DNA of 64,000 nucleotides from assembly GCF_009914755.1 (NCBI RefSeq), contig NC_060929.1; one strand, written 5' to 3'. A model generated the notes under the pieces. The model was not told the DNA's origin. It worked only from the letters and a program-made list of their open reading frames with translations, and made no database searches. The DNA comes from the human T2T-CHM13v2.0 reference genome, Homo sapiens. Each line of letters starts with the position of its first letter. Positions within the stretch are counted from its first letter, which is position 1. The position numbers and the translations under genes were made by a program. Of this stretch, positions 14,050-28,944 are shown piece after piece.

Positions 14050-15195
14050 CCCCCAAATGAAGAGCTGTGTTACAGGTATCTCAAACTTGACATCCAAAGC
14101 CCAATGCATGGGCTTCCCCCCATCGTCTACTTCTCCCACAGAGTTCCCACTGCAGCAGGCGGCAACTCCATTCTCCCAGTTGGCCAGACAAGAGCTCTGA
14201 GGTTGAATCCTGACTCAGCTCCTCTCCTTACACCCTGTTATGGGCTGAATTTTGTTTCTCAAAAAAGATACGTTGAAGTTCTAGCCCCGAATAACTCCAG
14301 ATATGGTCTTATTTAGATCAGAGTCATTACAGAGGTCATTAGCGAAGTTTAGATAAGGCCATACAGAGAAGGGTGGATTTCTCATCCAGTAGGATGGTGT
14401 CCTTATAAATGGTGGAAATCTGAACACAGACAGGCACACAGGGGAATGCCATGTGAAGATGAGGCAGCGATCAGGGTGACACTTGGAAAAAACCAGCAAA
14501 GACTGCCCACAGCCCACCAGAGGCAGGACAGAGCCTGGAACAGACCTCACAGCCCTCAGAAAGAACTGGCCCTGCCAACACCTTGATTTTGGACTTCTGG
14601 CCTCCAGAACTGTGTGACAATCAATTTCTATTGTTTAAGCTACCCAATGTGTGGTATTCTGTTCCAGTTGTTCTAGCAAAGTAACAAACACTCCTCATTC
14701 AGTCCAACAGCAAATCCTCTGAGCACTGCCAGGCAGAGCCTGGTCATTCCATTCTGTTCCTGGCGAGGCTCCCACGATCTGGCCCCTCAGTATCACTCCC
14801 AGCTCACAGCCTCACTCCCCCCTCTTCCTTGATCATCCCTCGCACGCTCCCCACTCAGAGCTTTGGCACGGTGCCTGCTGTTCCTCCACCTGGAACATTC
14901 TTTTTGCAGGGATCCACGGACCTGGCTCCCTCATCTCCCCCAACTCTCATCTTCCCAGGGGGTTCTTCCTGAATCACTCCACACAAAGCCACAGTACCCC
15001 TCCCCAACCCTCAGTACCGACCCTCTACCCTCTTTTCACATACTATGCATTTTGATTCCTGTACACTGTGTAGCTCACCACATCAAGTGGTGACATTTAT
15101 GAAGCTGGGGAATCTTATCTGCTCTTTTCACTACTGTAGTCCTAGCACATAGACAGTCCCTTAATTTATAATTATGGAATGATTAAAGGAATGAA
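14050..15195 (+). mobile_element. L2 remnant interrupted by an MLT1 LTR
   Basis: aggtatctcaaacttgacatccaaa, ggcaactccattctcccagttg; 3' end gtcctagcacatagacag...gaatgaatg. Confidence 0.6.
14236..14690 (+). mobile_element. MLT1B/C MaLR solo LTR
   Basis: tgttatgggctgaattttg...ccttgattttggacttctggcctccagaactgtg...aaca. Confidence 0.85.
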
Positions 15196-16193
15196 TGCTT
15201 CTTAACATCCACGACCTCCTACTCAGACCCAAGGGAACAACTCTCTACCTGTGCCATGGTGATTCTATAAAGCCTGGCCCTGATGGGTGGGGGCTGCAGA
15301 TCTTGGCAGCAGAAGAGAAGGGTTGCCTGCACCATCCTAAACTGCTAAAAGGCCACGCAAGCGTGGTTTCAACAGGAAACATTTAAAGGTTCCTTACGAT
15401 GGCCAAATAAGAAGAAAAAGGAAAAAGGAAATGGCTCATGAAACTACCTGCAACAAAGAAAGAGAAAAATAAGATCACAGAAGAAGCCCCACATGCCAAA
15501 TGGCAGGTTTGCATAGCATGGGGTTGACAGAGATACACCAGGCTCATACAACATATTTTGGACCCAGTGTGAAAACAAAGAAAAGAAATAGAGCAACACT
15601 GTTAAAGCTTCCAAAAGCAACTATGATTTCTTTGTCATTCATATTATTATTTCATTATACTGTGGAAGCAAGGAAACTTACAAAACACATTAAGAGGCAG
15701 TTCAAAAAAGAAACCACCAAAAGGCAATAAACATATAAAAAAAAGTGTTTAACCTCACAAGTAATCCAAGAAACACACATTACAACAAAAACAAAACATT
15801 TTCCTATACACTGGGAAAGTTTAAATAATAATATCCAACGAATTCCAGAATAAGCATAGCAATATAAAATTGGCATAATCTTTCTAAAGGAAAAGTTGGC
15901 ATTATGTATCAGAAGACTTTTAAAACTTATATTTCATTATTCAACAGTGCTTATAGTTTACTCCAACTTGCCCATAAAGTTTTTTGTATGTAAAAGATAA
16001 TGGCACCCTCCAGTCAGCCCATCGCCATGGATTTTACAAGCTGGAATTGGAACCAAAGTGTGTCAACTCCAAAAATCATGGACTTAAGCTCTCAGCGTCC
16101 CACAAGAGGGAGAGTGGGCCTGCCAAACTTAAAAAAGACTTTAGATTCAGAACTACTTTCAATCTATTGGCAAATGGGATGTAAAACACTTTC

Positions 16194-16487
<294 letters not shown>

Positions 16488-18869
16488 CAAAACACTTTCA
16501 CTCTATCTAGTAAAAGCCACGATTTGACCTGCAGAATGCCTGAACCTAGATAATTCTGAGCCAAATGAGACAGCATATGGAGCATTTAAAAACCCAAGCA
16601 CAGAGGACTTCCGACTATAGGAACACATTACCAATTCCCATCACAATGATGTACTTAGAAAGGTTATCTTAACAAGAAATTTTCTGACATTCACATGAAT
16701 AAACGCATGTACACATCTGAATAGATTTAAGATGCGTGCTTCTAGAACTCTGCTAAAGAGCTTTAACTTGAGACACAAAACACCAGTTACCTTGCAGTCT
16801 CAAGCCTAAGCAATTTAGCATTATTTTGAAAGCCTTTGTCATAAAAGCAAACAAAAGACAAGCAGGGCTTTGCAGTGTCTCAGCCTGCCCCTCCCGTCAG
16901 CCCATTGCCACGGGATTTTACAAGGTTAGTTGCAAACGTGGACAAGACAACTCTGGTGGTGAGCTGTTCTCTCGGAATTAATACATTTCAAAGTCGAGAG
17001 CCAGGCAAGTGGCAATGCTAATCAAGCTAGTGACAGCATTAATCTCCTTTGGCTCAGCTCAAAATAGGATATGCCACAGGTGACCCCAAGTCCTTCCCTC
17101 CCCTTCTCAAGCCATTAGCTGAACATCATATTTCTTTCTGCTGCCAACGCCGGCGCCAGCAGCAGCACAATTCAAATGGGGGAAAGAGCACATGTGACAA
17201 GAACAGCTTATTAACTCTGTCCGGGAATTTCTGTGCTCACCTATGGCTGGTTCTAAGGTATTCTCTCCATTTGCCAAAAGTAATGAGAGGACAGCCCTTT
17301 GCCAATTACCCTACACACCTCACAGAAAGATGAACAGCTAAAAGTATTAAGATTCAAATTTAAGTTGTGTGTTACAACAACCAACGAAAGGTTTTTGCCA
17401 AGGGAAATTTCAGGAAGTGATTTAAATAGAAATGAATTGTCAAGAAAAACCTAGGTGTCGCTATTCTATTGCAGTATCTCAGTCATGACAAGGTGCCACA
17501 AATGATGTGAAATTACGGTCTGACAAGGTATCAGATCTGTTTAAATCCAGCCAAGCTCTACCATGAAGGAATGGCTTAAAGAACAAACCTGGTATGAGTG
17601 TATAAATCATTCTCCATCAACAAGCGTTCTATGGAGAACCTAGAAAACCCAATCCTAAGATCTGGAATCATCTGCGTAAGCAGGGAAATACCCCTTGATG
17701 CTAATTTCCATTCCTTAAAATTCTAAATGCCCCGTAATTTAAAGGCTAACAGGCTGTAAATCTCCCTTTTAAAAGTTCTTTACTATTACATGCAGATGCC
17801 CACGTGCCCTTCTATCCAGCTTATAAGAGTCCAGGATTCTTTCCCAGGTTCTCTGTTTTGATCACCTTGCAGAGACTAGGATGGTGCTGCAGAATTCGGA
17901 TTCGCTTCTGTTGGCAGCTTCCCACTCTTGTCAAGCAGAGTCTAAGTCATTGCTGCTCATTTCCAGATCTGAAGCACATCTTTATTTCTCTTCTCCCTCC
18001 TGCAACATGTGGTCTTCAGGAGGTCGCCATGTTCTCCCCTTCTGAATTACAAATTCTAGCAAAAGTCTCTGAATCTATTCCTTTGGAGAAGAAAGTAAGG
18101 GAAGAAACTACCATGAAAGCACTTTCCCCAACTCCTCCACCATGAACACCTTGGATCAGACTGCAACCAGGTTGACCCAGTGGGGCCCCAGATTCTGCAG
18201 TGAAGAAGCCATGTTTAGGGACCCCTGACCCCACATTCAGCCACAGCTTGTTGGACCAACTGTGAACACATGACCCAAGAGCCATCAAACAGTGGGCTGG
18301 CAGGTGACTTGAAGCAGAATCCCAGCAGCAGGTGACAGGGAATATGTATACCTCAGAAAAGGGGGAGTAAGATGCAATTTAGAGTTAGAAATGCATGGCT
18401 GGAGAAAAATCACACCTGCTGTTTTCACAATACACATTATAGAAAGGAGTGTTTGATGACTTTCTGGGCCTGTGGAGATGCACAGGAGATAGTGATGTGA
18501 GATTTCAAGGGTGGAACAACACCAAAAAGAGGGTGAGAACAAGATAATCATGGCAGGGGTGTGGCCTTCCCCAGGCTTCTGTGTATGTGCATCCTACAGG
18601 AAAACCCTAAATACCTAAAGTAATACAAGTGAGTCACACCTCCTTAAAACCAAAGAGTCTATGGAGGACATTTTAAATGGCATTTAAATTAAATTAATAA
18701 AGGAGAGAAAGTGATATTAAAATTAATTTACCACTGAATTATCATTATACAATCATTTGTATATAACTTAAAACTATTTTCCCTAAAAATACTGCATTTC
18801 TAAGAATAACAATTATTTTATATGTATTCATATATATATATGATATGATATATATGATATATATATATA

Positions 18870-19322
18870 TGACATGGTTTGGCTGTGTCCCCACCCAAAT
18901 CTCCCCTTGAATTGTAGCTCCCATAATCCCCACATGTCACGGGAGGGACCTGGTGGGAGGTAATTGAATCATGGGGGCAGTTTCCCCCATGCTATTCTTG
19001 TGATAGTGAGAAAGTTCTCAAGAGATCTGATGGTTTCGTAGGGGCATCTGTTCATGCAGATGCCCATGTGCCCTTCTATCCAGCTTATATGACTCCAGGA
19101 TTCTTTCCCAGGGTTCTCTCTTTCCCCCTTCACTAGGTTCTCATTTTTCTCTTTCCTGACACCACGTGAAGAAGGACATGTTTGCTTCCTTTTCTGCCAT
19201 GATTGTAAGTTTCCAGAGGCCTCCCCAGCCTGGTAGAACTGTGAGTCAATGAAACCTCTTCCCTTTATAAATTAGCCAGTCTCAGTTATTTCTTCACAGC
19301 AGCATGAGAATGAACTAAAACA
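18870..19322 (+). mobile_element. THE1C-like solo LTR carrying a foreign ~75-bp insert
   Basis: tgacatggtttggctgtgtccccacccaaatctc...gaactaaaaca; TSD ATATA/ATATC. Confidence 0.9.
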
Positions 19323-19386
19323 ATATCCCTTGGACAATATGCAATCCCAGGGAAAGGACTAACACCACTACTAAAAAGTAACAAGC

Positions 19387-19777
<391 letters not shown>

Positions 19778-19822
19778 TCATTAATAAAGTTACTTGAAAC
19801 AACCAGTGCTAATGATTTCTTT

Positions 19823-20381
19823 TGAGAGACTGAATATATAAGCAGACAATTGCCAGAACATACATAAAAATAAAACTGTGCCCCACAACTGCAGCAACCA
19901 GCCCAGGTAACCAACTTATTATCCATAGCAACCAGCCCAGGAAGCCAGCCTGTTCTCTGCAAGTTAGACTTGCAGAAAGTCAGACCACTCTCCCTCCCTT
20001 GTAACAATTCAGGACGCCAAAAAATAATGCCTGTAATAATTGGCCCCAAATGGCTGGGACTTGATTCATAATCACAGTATTCCTAATTTTTACCCTACTT
20101 CCCATTTAGGACCAACCAGAGAAAGGCAAATATGCTCCCCCAACCAATCACACTGGATGCCCTGCTCCTGGTGAGCCGCCTCCAGCTTCCTCAGGCCAGC
20201 AGCCTCCAATCAGGGCACACCCAGAACCTCCCCTTCTTCCATCACGATGCTTTCCCCCTCCTCTGTCTGCCTCTGAGTCTCTGAGAAACACAATGATAGT
20301 GGCCAACTTCCTTGCTGTAGCAAGCTCAGAATAAACAGCCTTGGCTTGTTCTCATTTGCTTGGTCTTCATCTATTTCCACG
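19823..20381 (+). mobile_element. ERV1 solo LTR, MER87/MER90-like
   Basis: Repeated gcaaccagcccagg, ttaggaccaaccagagaaag, CCAAT boxes, AATAAA near the end. Confidence 0.6.
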
Positions 20382-20700
20382 CATTGATGGACATTTCTAA
20401 GAAGAATCTTTATAAACACAAGCAAGGCAGTAAAGCAAGGACAGCAAAGGAGTGGGGATACGTCACTGGGGCACCTGGATGTGAGAATTTCAAGGCTTGT
20501 CTTTTATACCATCTTGCCTGAAAGAATGTTTTGAGTCCTTATTCATATGACACATGGAAAAATTTGTGAGCCCATTTCTGTAAAGCATGGTTTCCATAAT
20601 GTATAGATTTCATAATCAAAACAAGAATACTTTTCCAACCTAATGCAATGACACTTCCAAATGAAACAGTGAAAAGAAGATGATAAAATAAAGCTGGGCC

Positions 20701-20848
20701 AGCTGGGTGCAGTGGCTCATGCCCATAATCCCAGCACTTTGGGAGGCCGAGGTGCAAGGATTGCCTGAGCTCAGGAGTTCAAGATCAGCCTGGGCAACAT
20801 GGTGAAACCCCGTCTCTACTAAAATCCAAAAAAAAAATACAAAATAAA
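20701..20848 (+). mobile_element. Alu left monomer (FLAM-like)
   Basis: Single arm ending in an A-rich tail; TSD aaagctgggcc / aaagctagacc. Confidence 0.85.
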
Positions 20849-22088
20849 AGAAAGCTAGACCAATGCAGAGTTCCCCAAGCCATCCCAAAAATTAGAAATG
20901 GAAGAGTAGGGAAGTCATTGTTGCTCTATTGATCTTATCAATTTCCTTTAAAGAGCCTATTGAGAAAAAGGAAACTAATAATCTGGTTAAAGAGGTAAAA
21001 AGAAAAGCCAGACATCGGGTGTCCACAACTCACCCTTGCTCACTGAGCCTCAAGCCACAGGCAGGTCTTAAGGCCCCCACCGTGGGGGTTGAAAGTTCTC
21101 AGCCCAGTAGATGCCCTGAGCTGACAGCACCCCCAGGAATGGGAGAACAGGGAAGGATGTTCGAAAGTAACAGAGGTAAACTGACTTTCCTCCCTGCAAC
21201 CATTTCCCATGGAACACTAGCCTTCTGGTACACAGACTCTCAGACTCAGAAATCAGCAAAACAAACAAAAATCCCCACAAAAAGGAAATTACAGAGAAGA
21301 AAGCACCCCGCAGATCCTTGTGCCACGATAAATTAGTTATCTAAGGAACACAAGCAGTTAAAAGTCAGGCACGCATCCTGTCAATATTCTGCAGGGATCT
21401 AGTTCTGCTGAAAAACTTGCTTTTCACAATATACCTCAAATCTGTCGGCAATAATTACCTGAGAATCAGAAAGGTGACATTTTAAATTTTAGTGACACAT
21501 TAATGAACAAGGGTAATCCTCTTGACAGATACAGAGCAAGATTCGCCACAGGAAGCAAAGCAAGAGCTCCTCAGATCAAAACGTAAGCCATATAACCGGC
21601 CTTGGCAGGCCCGGTGCACATCAAGGCCGCACTTCAGATCATCGCGGCCCCTTCAGACCCCTCGCAGCCACTGACATGTTTACTACTTTTATTTTCCCTG
21701 GCAGATGTTTGGCAGACATCTCGTCTCAGAAGATTCGTGCCTTTGTCTCAGAGTCGAGGGTTAATAGGACCCTTAATTGCAGTCTCAGTTATAATAAGAT
21801 CCTGCCTTTTTAAAAAGAAATGCCTTCTACAAGCTTAGTAATTGGTCTTCCCATTTGAGATGATATAATCTCCAAGTCACAGTACAAAGTTAGAACATGA
21901 AGGGAAATGGACAGGACCCTGTCCCCAGACACCGTCCGTGGCATCTGTGGCTGGTCCCCAGAGCCAGTGAAAGGGAGGTAGGTGCTTGGACCAGTGCTCC
22001 CAGGTGGCTGTCCCCGGACCCCTTCAGGGTCCTCCTGGTGGCCAGGGCCCCTGCGGACAGTTTGAGCAGTAACTAAGCTCAGGGGCGC

Positions 22089-22535
22089 TGGTAAGAGCTG
22101 AATTTTATCCCTGAAAAACTCATATGTTTAAGTTTTATCCCCTAGCACCTCAGAATGTGACCTCATTTGGAAATAGGGTGATTATAGATGTAATTAGTTG
22201 AGATGAGGTCATTAGGGTGGGCCCGAATCCAGTACATCTGGTGTCCTTCCAAAAAGGGACGATTTGGACACACAGACACACAGCAGGGAGAATGCCGTGT
22301 GAAGGCAGCAGAGGTCAGGCTGCTGTTTCTGCAAGCCACAGAATACCAAAGACAGTCAATGAACCACCAGAAGCTACGGAGGCCTGGGACAGTCTCCCTC
22401 CAGTCCTCAGAAGGAAGAAAACCTTCTGACACCCTGACCTTGAACCTCCAGCCTCCAGAACTGTGAAACAGTAATTTTCTGTTGCTTAAGCCTCCAATGT
22501 GTGTTACTTTGTAAACATTATGTAAATTCCCAATA
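22089..22535 (+). mobile_element. MLT1B/C MaLR solo LTR
   Basis: acctcagaatgtgacctcatttggaaataggg...ctccagcctccagaactgtga. Confidence 0.85.
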
Positions 22536-22599
22536 ACCAGCCAGGTTGTCATCAGTACTAACCTTTGAACTCACGTGAACGAGACTCTTCTTAAACTTC

Positions 22600-24152
22600 T
22601 GAGAGGTGACAGCGTGCTGGCAGCCCCCACAGCCCTCGCTCGCTCTGGGCACCTCCTTGGCCTCGGCGCTCACTCTGGCCACACTTGAGGAGCCCTTCAG
22701 CCCACCGCTGCACTGTGGGAGCCCCTTTCTGGGCTGGCCAAGGCCGGAGCTGGCTCCCTCGGCTTGAGGGGAGGTGTGGAGGGAGAGGCCACGGGCGGGA
22801 ACCATGGCTGCGCAGGGCGCTTGCGGGCCAGTGCAAGTTCCGGGTGGGCGTGGGCTCCGTCGGCCCCTCAGGCCCCCCACTCTGAGCGGCCGGCCGGCCC
22901 CAGCGGGCCGGGGCAGTGAGAGGCTTAGCACCCTGGCCAGCAGCTGTGGAGGGTGCACTGGGTTCCCCAACAGTGCCGGCCCACCAGCGCTGCGCTCAAT
23001 TTCTGGCTGGGCCTTAGCTGCCTCCCCTCCGGGCAGGGCTCCGGACCTGCAGCCTGTCATGCCTGAGCCTCCCCTCCCCGCCCCCCACGCCCTGCCGTGG
23101 GCTCCTGCACGGCCTGAGCCTCCCCGAGGAGCGCTGCCCCCTGCTCCGCGCCGCCCAGTCCCATAGACTGTCCAAGGGCTGAGGAGTGCGGGCACAAGGT
23201 GCAGGACTGGCAGGCAGCTCCACCTGCGGCCCGGGTGCGGGATCCAGTGGGTGAAGCCAGCTGGGCTCCTGAGTCTGGTGGGGACTTGGATAATCTTTAT
23301 GTCTAGCTAAGGGATTGTAAATACACCAATCAGCACTCTGTATCTAGCTCAAGGTTTGTAAATGCACGAATTAGCACCCTGTGTCTAGCTCAATGTTTGT
23401 AAATGCACCAATCAGCACTCTGTGTCTAGCTGATCTGGTGGGGACTTGGAGAACATTTATGTCTAGCTAAGGGATTGTAAATACACCAATCAGCACTCTG
23501 TATCTAGCTCAAGGTTTGTAAATGTACCAATCAGTGCTCTGTGTCTGGCTAATCTAGTGGGGACTTGGAGAACTTTTGTGTCTACCTCAAGGATTGTAAA
23601 TGCACCAATCAGCACCCTGTCAAAACGGACCAATCAGCTCTCTGTAAAACAGACCAATCAGCTCTCTGTAAAATGGACCAATCAGCAGGATGTGGGTGGG
23701 GCCAGTTAAGGGAATAAAAGCAGGCTGCCCAAGCCAGCAGGGGCAACCTGCTCACATCCCCTTCCACGGAGTGGAAGCTGTGTTCTTTAGCTCTGCAATA
23801 AATCTTGCTGCTGCTCAGTTTCTGGGTCTACGCTGCCTTTATGAGATGTAACACTCACTGCAAAGGTCTGCAGCTTCACTCCTGAAGCCAGCGAGACCGT
23901 GAAGCCACTGGAAGAAACAACTCCAGACGCGCGCCTTAAGAGCTGTAACACTCACTGCGAATGTCTGTAGCTTCATTCCTGAAGCCAGCGAGACCATGAA
24001 CCCACAAGAAGGAAGAAACTTCGAACACATCTGAACATCAGAAGGAGCAAACTCCGGACACGCTGACTTTAAGAACTGTAACACTCCCCACGAGTGTCCA
24101 CGGCTTCATTCTTGAAGTCAGTGAGACCAAGAACCCACCAATTCTGGACACA
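22600..24152 (+). mobile_element. LTR12C (ERV9) solo LTR, full length
   Basis: Starts TGAGAGGTGACAGCGTGCTGGCAG, ends GGACACA; perfect 4-bp TSD CTTC; GC-rich U3, CCAAT tandem array, U5 repeats. Confidence 0.95.
23320..23745 (+). promoter_or_regulatory. LTR12C NF-Y (CCAAT) array and TATA-like box
   Basis: Eight CCAATC motifs followed by AATAAAA at ~23713; known LTR12 promoter architecture. Confidence 0.75.
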
Positions 24153-24509
24153 CTTCCAGCACATTCTTTTTGTTTCAGCTACTTTGCCAAGCCAGCTGCT
24201 CTTCTTATATTGTGAATCTTCTCATTTCATTTTCTACAACATTAATTTATATTTCAGCTAAGGTACTATGGTGCCTGAACGCCAAATAAAAAGAAAAATG
24301 AGTGATCCCGAAATATAACATTTTGTTGATGTGAGGTCATAGGTTTACAAAGCATTCTGATTTAGAGAATCAAAAGGAAAAATTACAGAAAACAAGGAAG
24401 TGAGGGAAAATGTAAGGAAATTATAAATGGATGGCTTCTTCACCCACTGATCCTCATTAAAAAGGAAAATTGAGCTGCCGTCGATTGATGGTTCTGTTAA
24501 AATTCAAAA

Positions 24510-24770
24510 CAGTGGTTCTCAAACTATAGCCCCCAGACCTATGTGGTCTGGGAGAGGTTCTCAAAGTGTGGTCCCCAAATTCCTCTGGCTTCGTCATCTG
24601 CACCTGCACATCATCCATCTTTCCCCAACCATTCTCTCAAGAAAGCCATTTCCATCAATAGCCAATTCTCGGGCTTCTCCCCAACCCAACTAAATCAGCA
24701 CAGTGGGATGCTGTATCTGTGTTAGAACAAGTCTTCTGGGTGCTTCCACTAAATGAGAGAAACACTCCTC
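24510..24770. mobile_element. MER5A-like hAT MITE with a foreign insert
   Basis: ggttctcaaagtgtggtcccc...aattctcgggc...atctgtgttagaacaag. Confidence 0.65.
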
Positions 24771-25153
24771 AAATCCAGGAGGCAACTTGATTCCACCTGA
24801 CAGCAAATTCAGCGAAGAGTCACTGCCCCAGGGTACTATGTTCAAAAGGATTCTGAAGCAGATTTTAAAATGAAGAATCTCTTGGGCAAGAAAGAGAAGG
24901 GAACCGTGGCTGGCAAACCACCTATCAGTGATCTGGGAGTCTCAAGCTCACAAACCAACACCAATTTTTTTTTTTTTTCATATCAGTGGTTCCAAATAAA
25001 TGAGTGCTTCCAAAGTGCTAAGTGCCATCTTAGCAAATAAAAATCTCCCAAATTTCTGAAGTGACTTGGACCCTAGGTATACTGACATAAAAGTGAAAAG
25101 AATAAAAAAGTTTGCTTTCAGTTCTAAGACAAAACTTGAAATAAGAACATGGT

Positions 25154-25449
25154 GGCCAGGCACGGTGGCTCACGCCTGTAATCCCAGCACTTTGGGAGGC
25201 CGAGGCAGGCAGATCACGAGGTCAGGAGATCGAGACCATCCTGGCTAACCCGGTGAAACCCCATCTCTGCTAAAAAAAAATACAAAAAATTAGCTGGGCA
25301 TGGTGTCGAGCGCCTGTAGTCCCAGCTACTCAGGAGGCTGAGGCAGGAGAATGGTGTGAACCCGGGAGGCGGAGCTTGCAGTGAGCCGAGATTGCCACTG
25401 CACTCCAGCCTGGGCGACAGAGCGAGACTCCGTTAAAAAAAAAAAAAAA
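25154..25449 (+). mobile_element. AluY
   Basis: gagatcgagaccatcctggctaac, ggagcttgcagtgagccgag; TSD aagaacatggt / aggaacatggt. Confidence 0.95.
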
Positions 25450-25884
25450 AGGAACATGGTAGCACTGCTCTTTCTTCCACTAAACAGATATTGCTCCCTC
25501 TCCTCCCCGTACCTGGCTCTCTTTCAGGATGGTGCTATTGTAGTGATGAGATACAGGAATTTGAGCTGGGCTTCGCCTAATTCAAGAAAACAAGCAACAC
25601 ACAAGACTTAAACTTAGAAGATAATTGAATTTTCAAGTTACTGTTTACGTTACACTATATGATGAAGGTTTCTCTTCACTTTTAAAAGGATTTTAAGAGT
25701 TCTTTAAAAGACTATGTTCCCCTGAGACATTTCATACCTGATTTGATTTATTTAACTATCACTTTCCACCTGAGCCCCTGGAAGCCAAGGGCGGTAGCTG
25801 AGTCTGCCCATCCTCCAGTCCCTTCTTCCTCCCAGCCCCCACCAACTCTACCTGCCGGATGATGTGGAACCTGTCAGCATATCT

Positions 25885-26813
<929 letters not shown>

Positions 26814-28229
26814 TGAAAGTGCCTTCCTTTGTCCCTGCCTCTGCTTCTCCTGTTGCCACAGATATTCCCATCCTCTGTGCCCTGCTGTGTCCCTTCACCT
26901 TTCCAAATCCTTTCCTGTTCAATCCAGACTTGGATGGAGGGGCCCCTTCTCTGAACTTCCAGTAACTTTCCAGGGTCAGATGTCACTTGCCCTGAAGTCA
27001 TATACTTTGCCCTATGGCTTTGTTATTTGCACCTGCACATCCATCTTTCCCCAACCACACTCTCCAGAATGCCATTTCCATCATATGCCCCACAGCAGTA
27101 ATGCAATGATTCAACAGATTCATTTCATGAATAGATTCATTCTCAGGGGATTGCATCAAGTAAGTTCCTCTCATATTCCTTTTGGGAGCTTTGCATACAT
27201 ATATCAGTCTCCAATTGAAATAAGTGAATTTCTTACCTTTTAAGGGTCATTGCTGGCCTCAGGGAAGCACTCAGAGTGATCAGGCTACCAGATAATCGAC
27301 ATGATTATTTGGAGAGGTTATGTGACGTGCACAGACTAGAAAGCTAGAAAATCCAATTCTGTCACTCATCTGCCCCTAATGAATTGTGAGGTCTGGGGTA
27401 TTGTGGTTCTTCTCTGGCCTGTGCTTTGACCACAGTTTCTCTCGATTCTTAGTAGTAAACCACATGATGATCAGCTAAAACAGCTTAAAGCATCAGCAAC
27501 GTCAGCATGTTCTGAACAGTATTATTAATGCTTTGCCCTGTCCTCCTAAAATATTCCTCTGATCCTTATATTTTCTAGTACAAATGACAGGAGGCATCTC
27601 TATCTTATTTATAGCTCTAAATAAATTGGTATGAGCATCAACCAAACATATTTATTTTATTTCCCAAGAAATACACCACCAGAAAATGTCAAGGAAATGA
27701 TCTTTGAAAAATGCACATCTGAATGCAATATGAAATATTTAAGGGAATCGCTGTGCTTTTGGCTTCCATTTTCTGTTAGATTATTCTACAGGCTCTTGTA
27801 AAAGTCAAGTCAGTGCTTTTAAAGGCAGAATGTGGCTGCAAGTTAAGAAAAGCCTTCAAAGCCCCTGGGTTCTTGATTTCCCTTTTACTTTCAGCATTTT
27901 GCCTTGAATGAACGACCTCAAATAACTTAGATATTCAAAAATTGATGAATGGTACTTAGCAAGGTACAACTCAAATAAAGATGATGAGAACTAAGTCAGC
28001 CACCAGTGGCCTGAAAATTCATGGCAGCAGCATGCTTCCTGTGGAGGCATCTCTTCGTGACATTTTCAAAGGGTTCTTCCCATCCATCCACTTTCCCAAA
28101 ATCCTCTGCAATTTAAGGAATATCTCCCACACTGGCCTGTGGTGTTAAACCAGCAAATCATGTTGGGTGAGCAAAAAGAACTCAAGAATAGAAGCTTACT
28201 CTTTAAATATCCCCCTAAATCCATTCAAT

Positions 28230-28445
28230 TGAGTTGGCTGGGAAGCAAATACTCACATAGATTAATGCATTTAATCCTCCAACAACTCTGTAAGGCAACG
28301 ACTATTTTACCCCCATTCCAAGATAAATAAATGGAAGCACAGAGAGTTGGAATAATTTGCTCAGCAGTCACACAGCCAGGAAGTGGCCAAGCCAGAATGG
28401 GACTCAGCTGGCCCCAGGGCCTGGGGTGTCCAGGCCCCATGCTAC
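28230..28445 (-). mobile_element. MIR
   Basis: catttaatcctccaacaactctgtaagg...ccccatt...ggaagcacagagag. Confidence 0.7.
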
Positions 28446-28944
28446 ACTGTCCCCACCAACATGTTCACTCCACATGTGCTGATATTGGTCTCGCACATGA
28501 TGAGTTACATGAAAATTTTGGTGAACTGAAGGTTATCAAATTCATTAGTAAATTGCATTGGTACAAATGGCTGTGGCCTAGGGAAGAAGGGTAAAGCCCA
28601 TAAGAAATGAAGACTTGCTCAGGATCTATAAAAGTAACCCCAGGAAAACATGGCAAGACCAAATCCTGTTGTCTAAGCAGGCAAGGGAGGCCTCTACAGA
28701 CAAACCTGAAGAAAGATCCACTGCTCAGGCAGCACCTTATCACAGCTCTGGGATGGCCAGTCGGGGGCCGCTATGGAGGACAAGCCTGGACAACAGTTTT
28801 GGACAGCTGTAGATAGTCTAAATCCAACATACATATAGCCACCTCGACAGACTGTCTCTGGTTAGCTGGGTAACTGAGGCTCCTATGCCAAGACCTTCCA
28901 CACTGGCTTCTTATCACTGGACCATTGAAGTCAATATCTCTGCA

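Noticed and set aside
22518-23195. 225-aa GC-rich ORF and overlapping ORFs
   Set aside because: Lies almost wholly within the GC-rich U3 of LTR12C; the open frame reflects stop-codon scarcity, with no protein-like features
23270-24120. Regularly spaced direct repeats resembling a CRISPR array
   Set aside because: These are the standard LTR12 U3/U5 tandem repeats; the intervening sequences are not unique, there are no cas genes, and the DNA is primate
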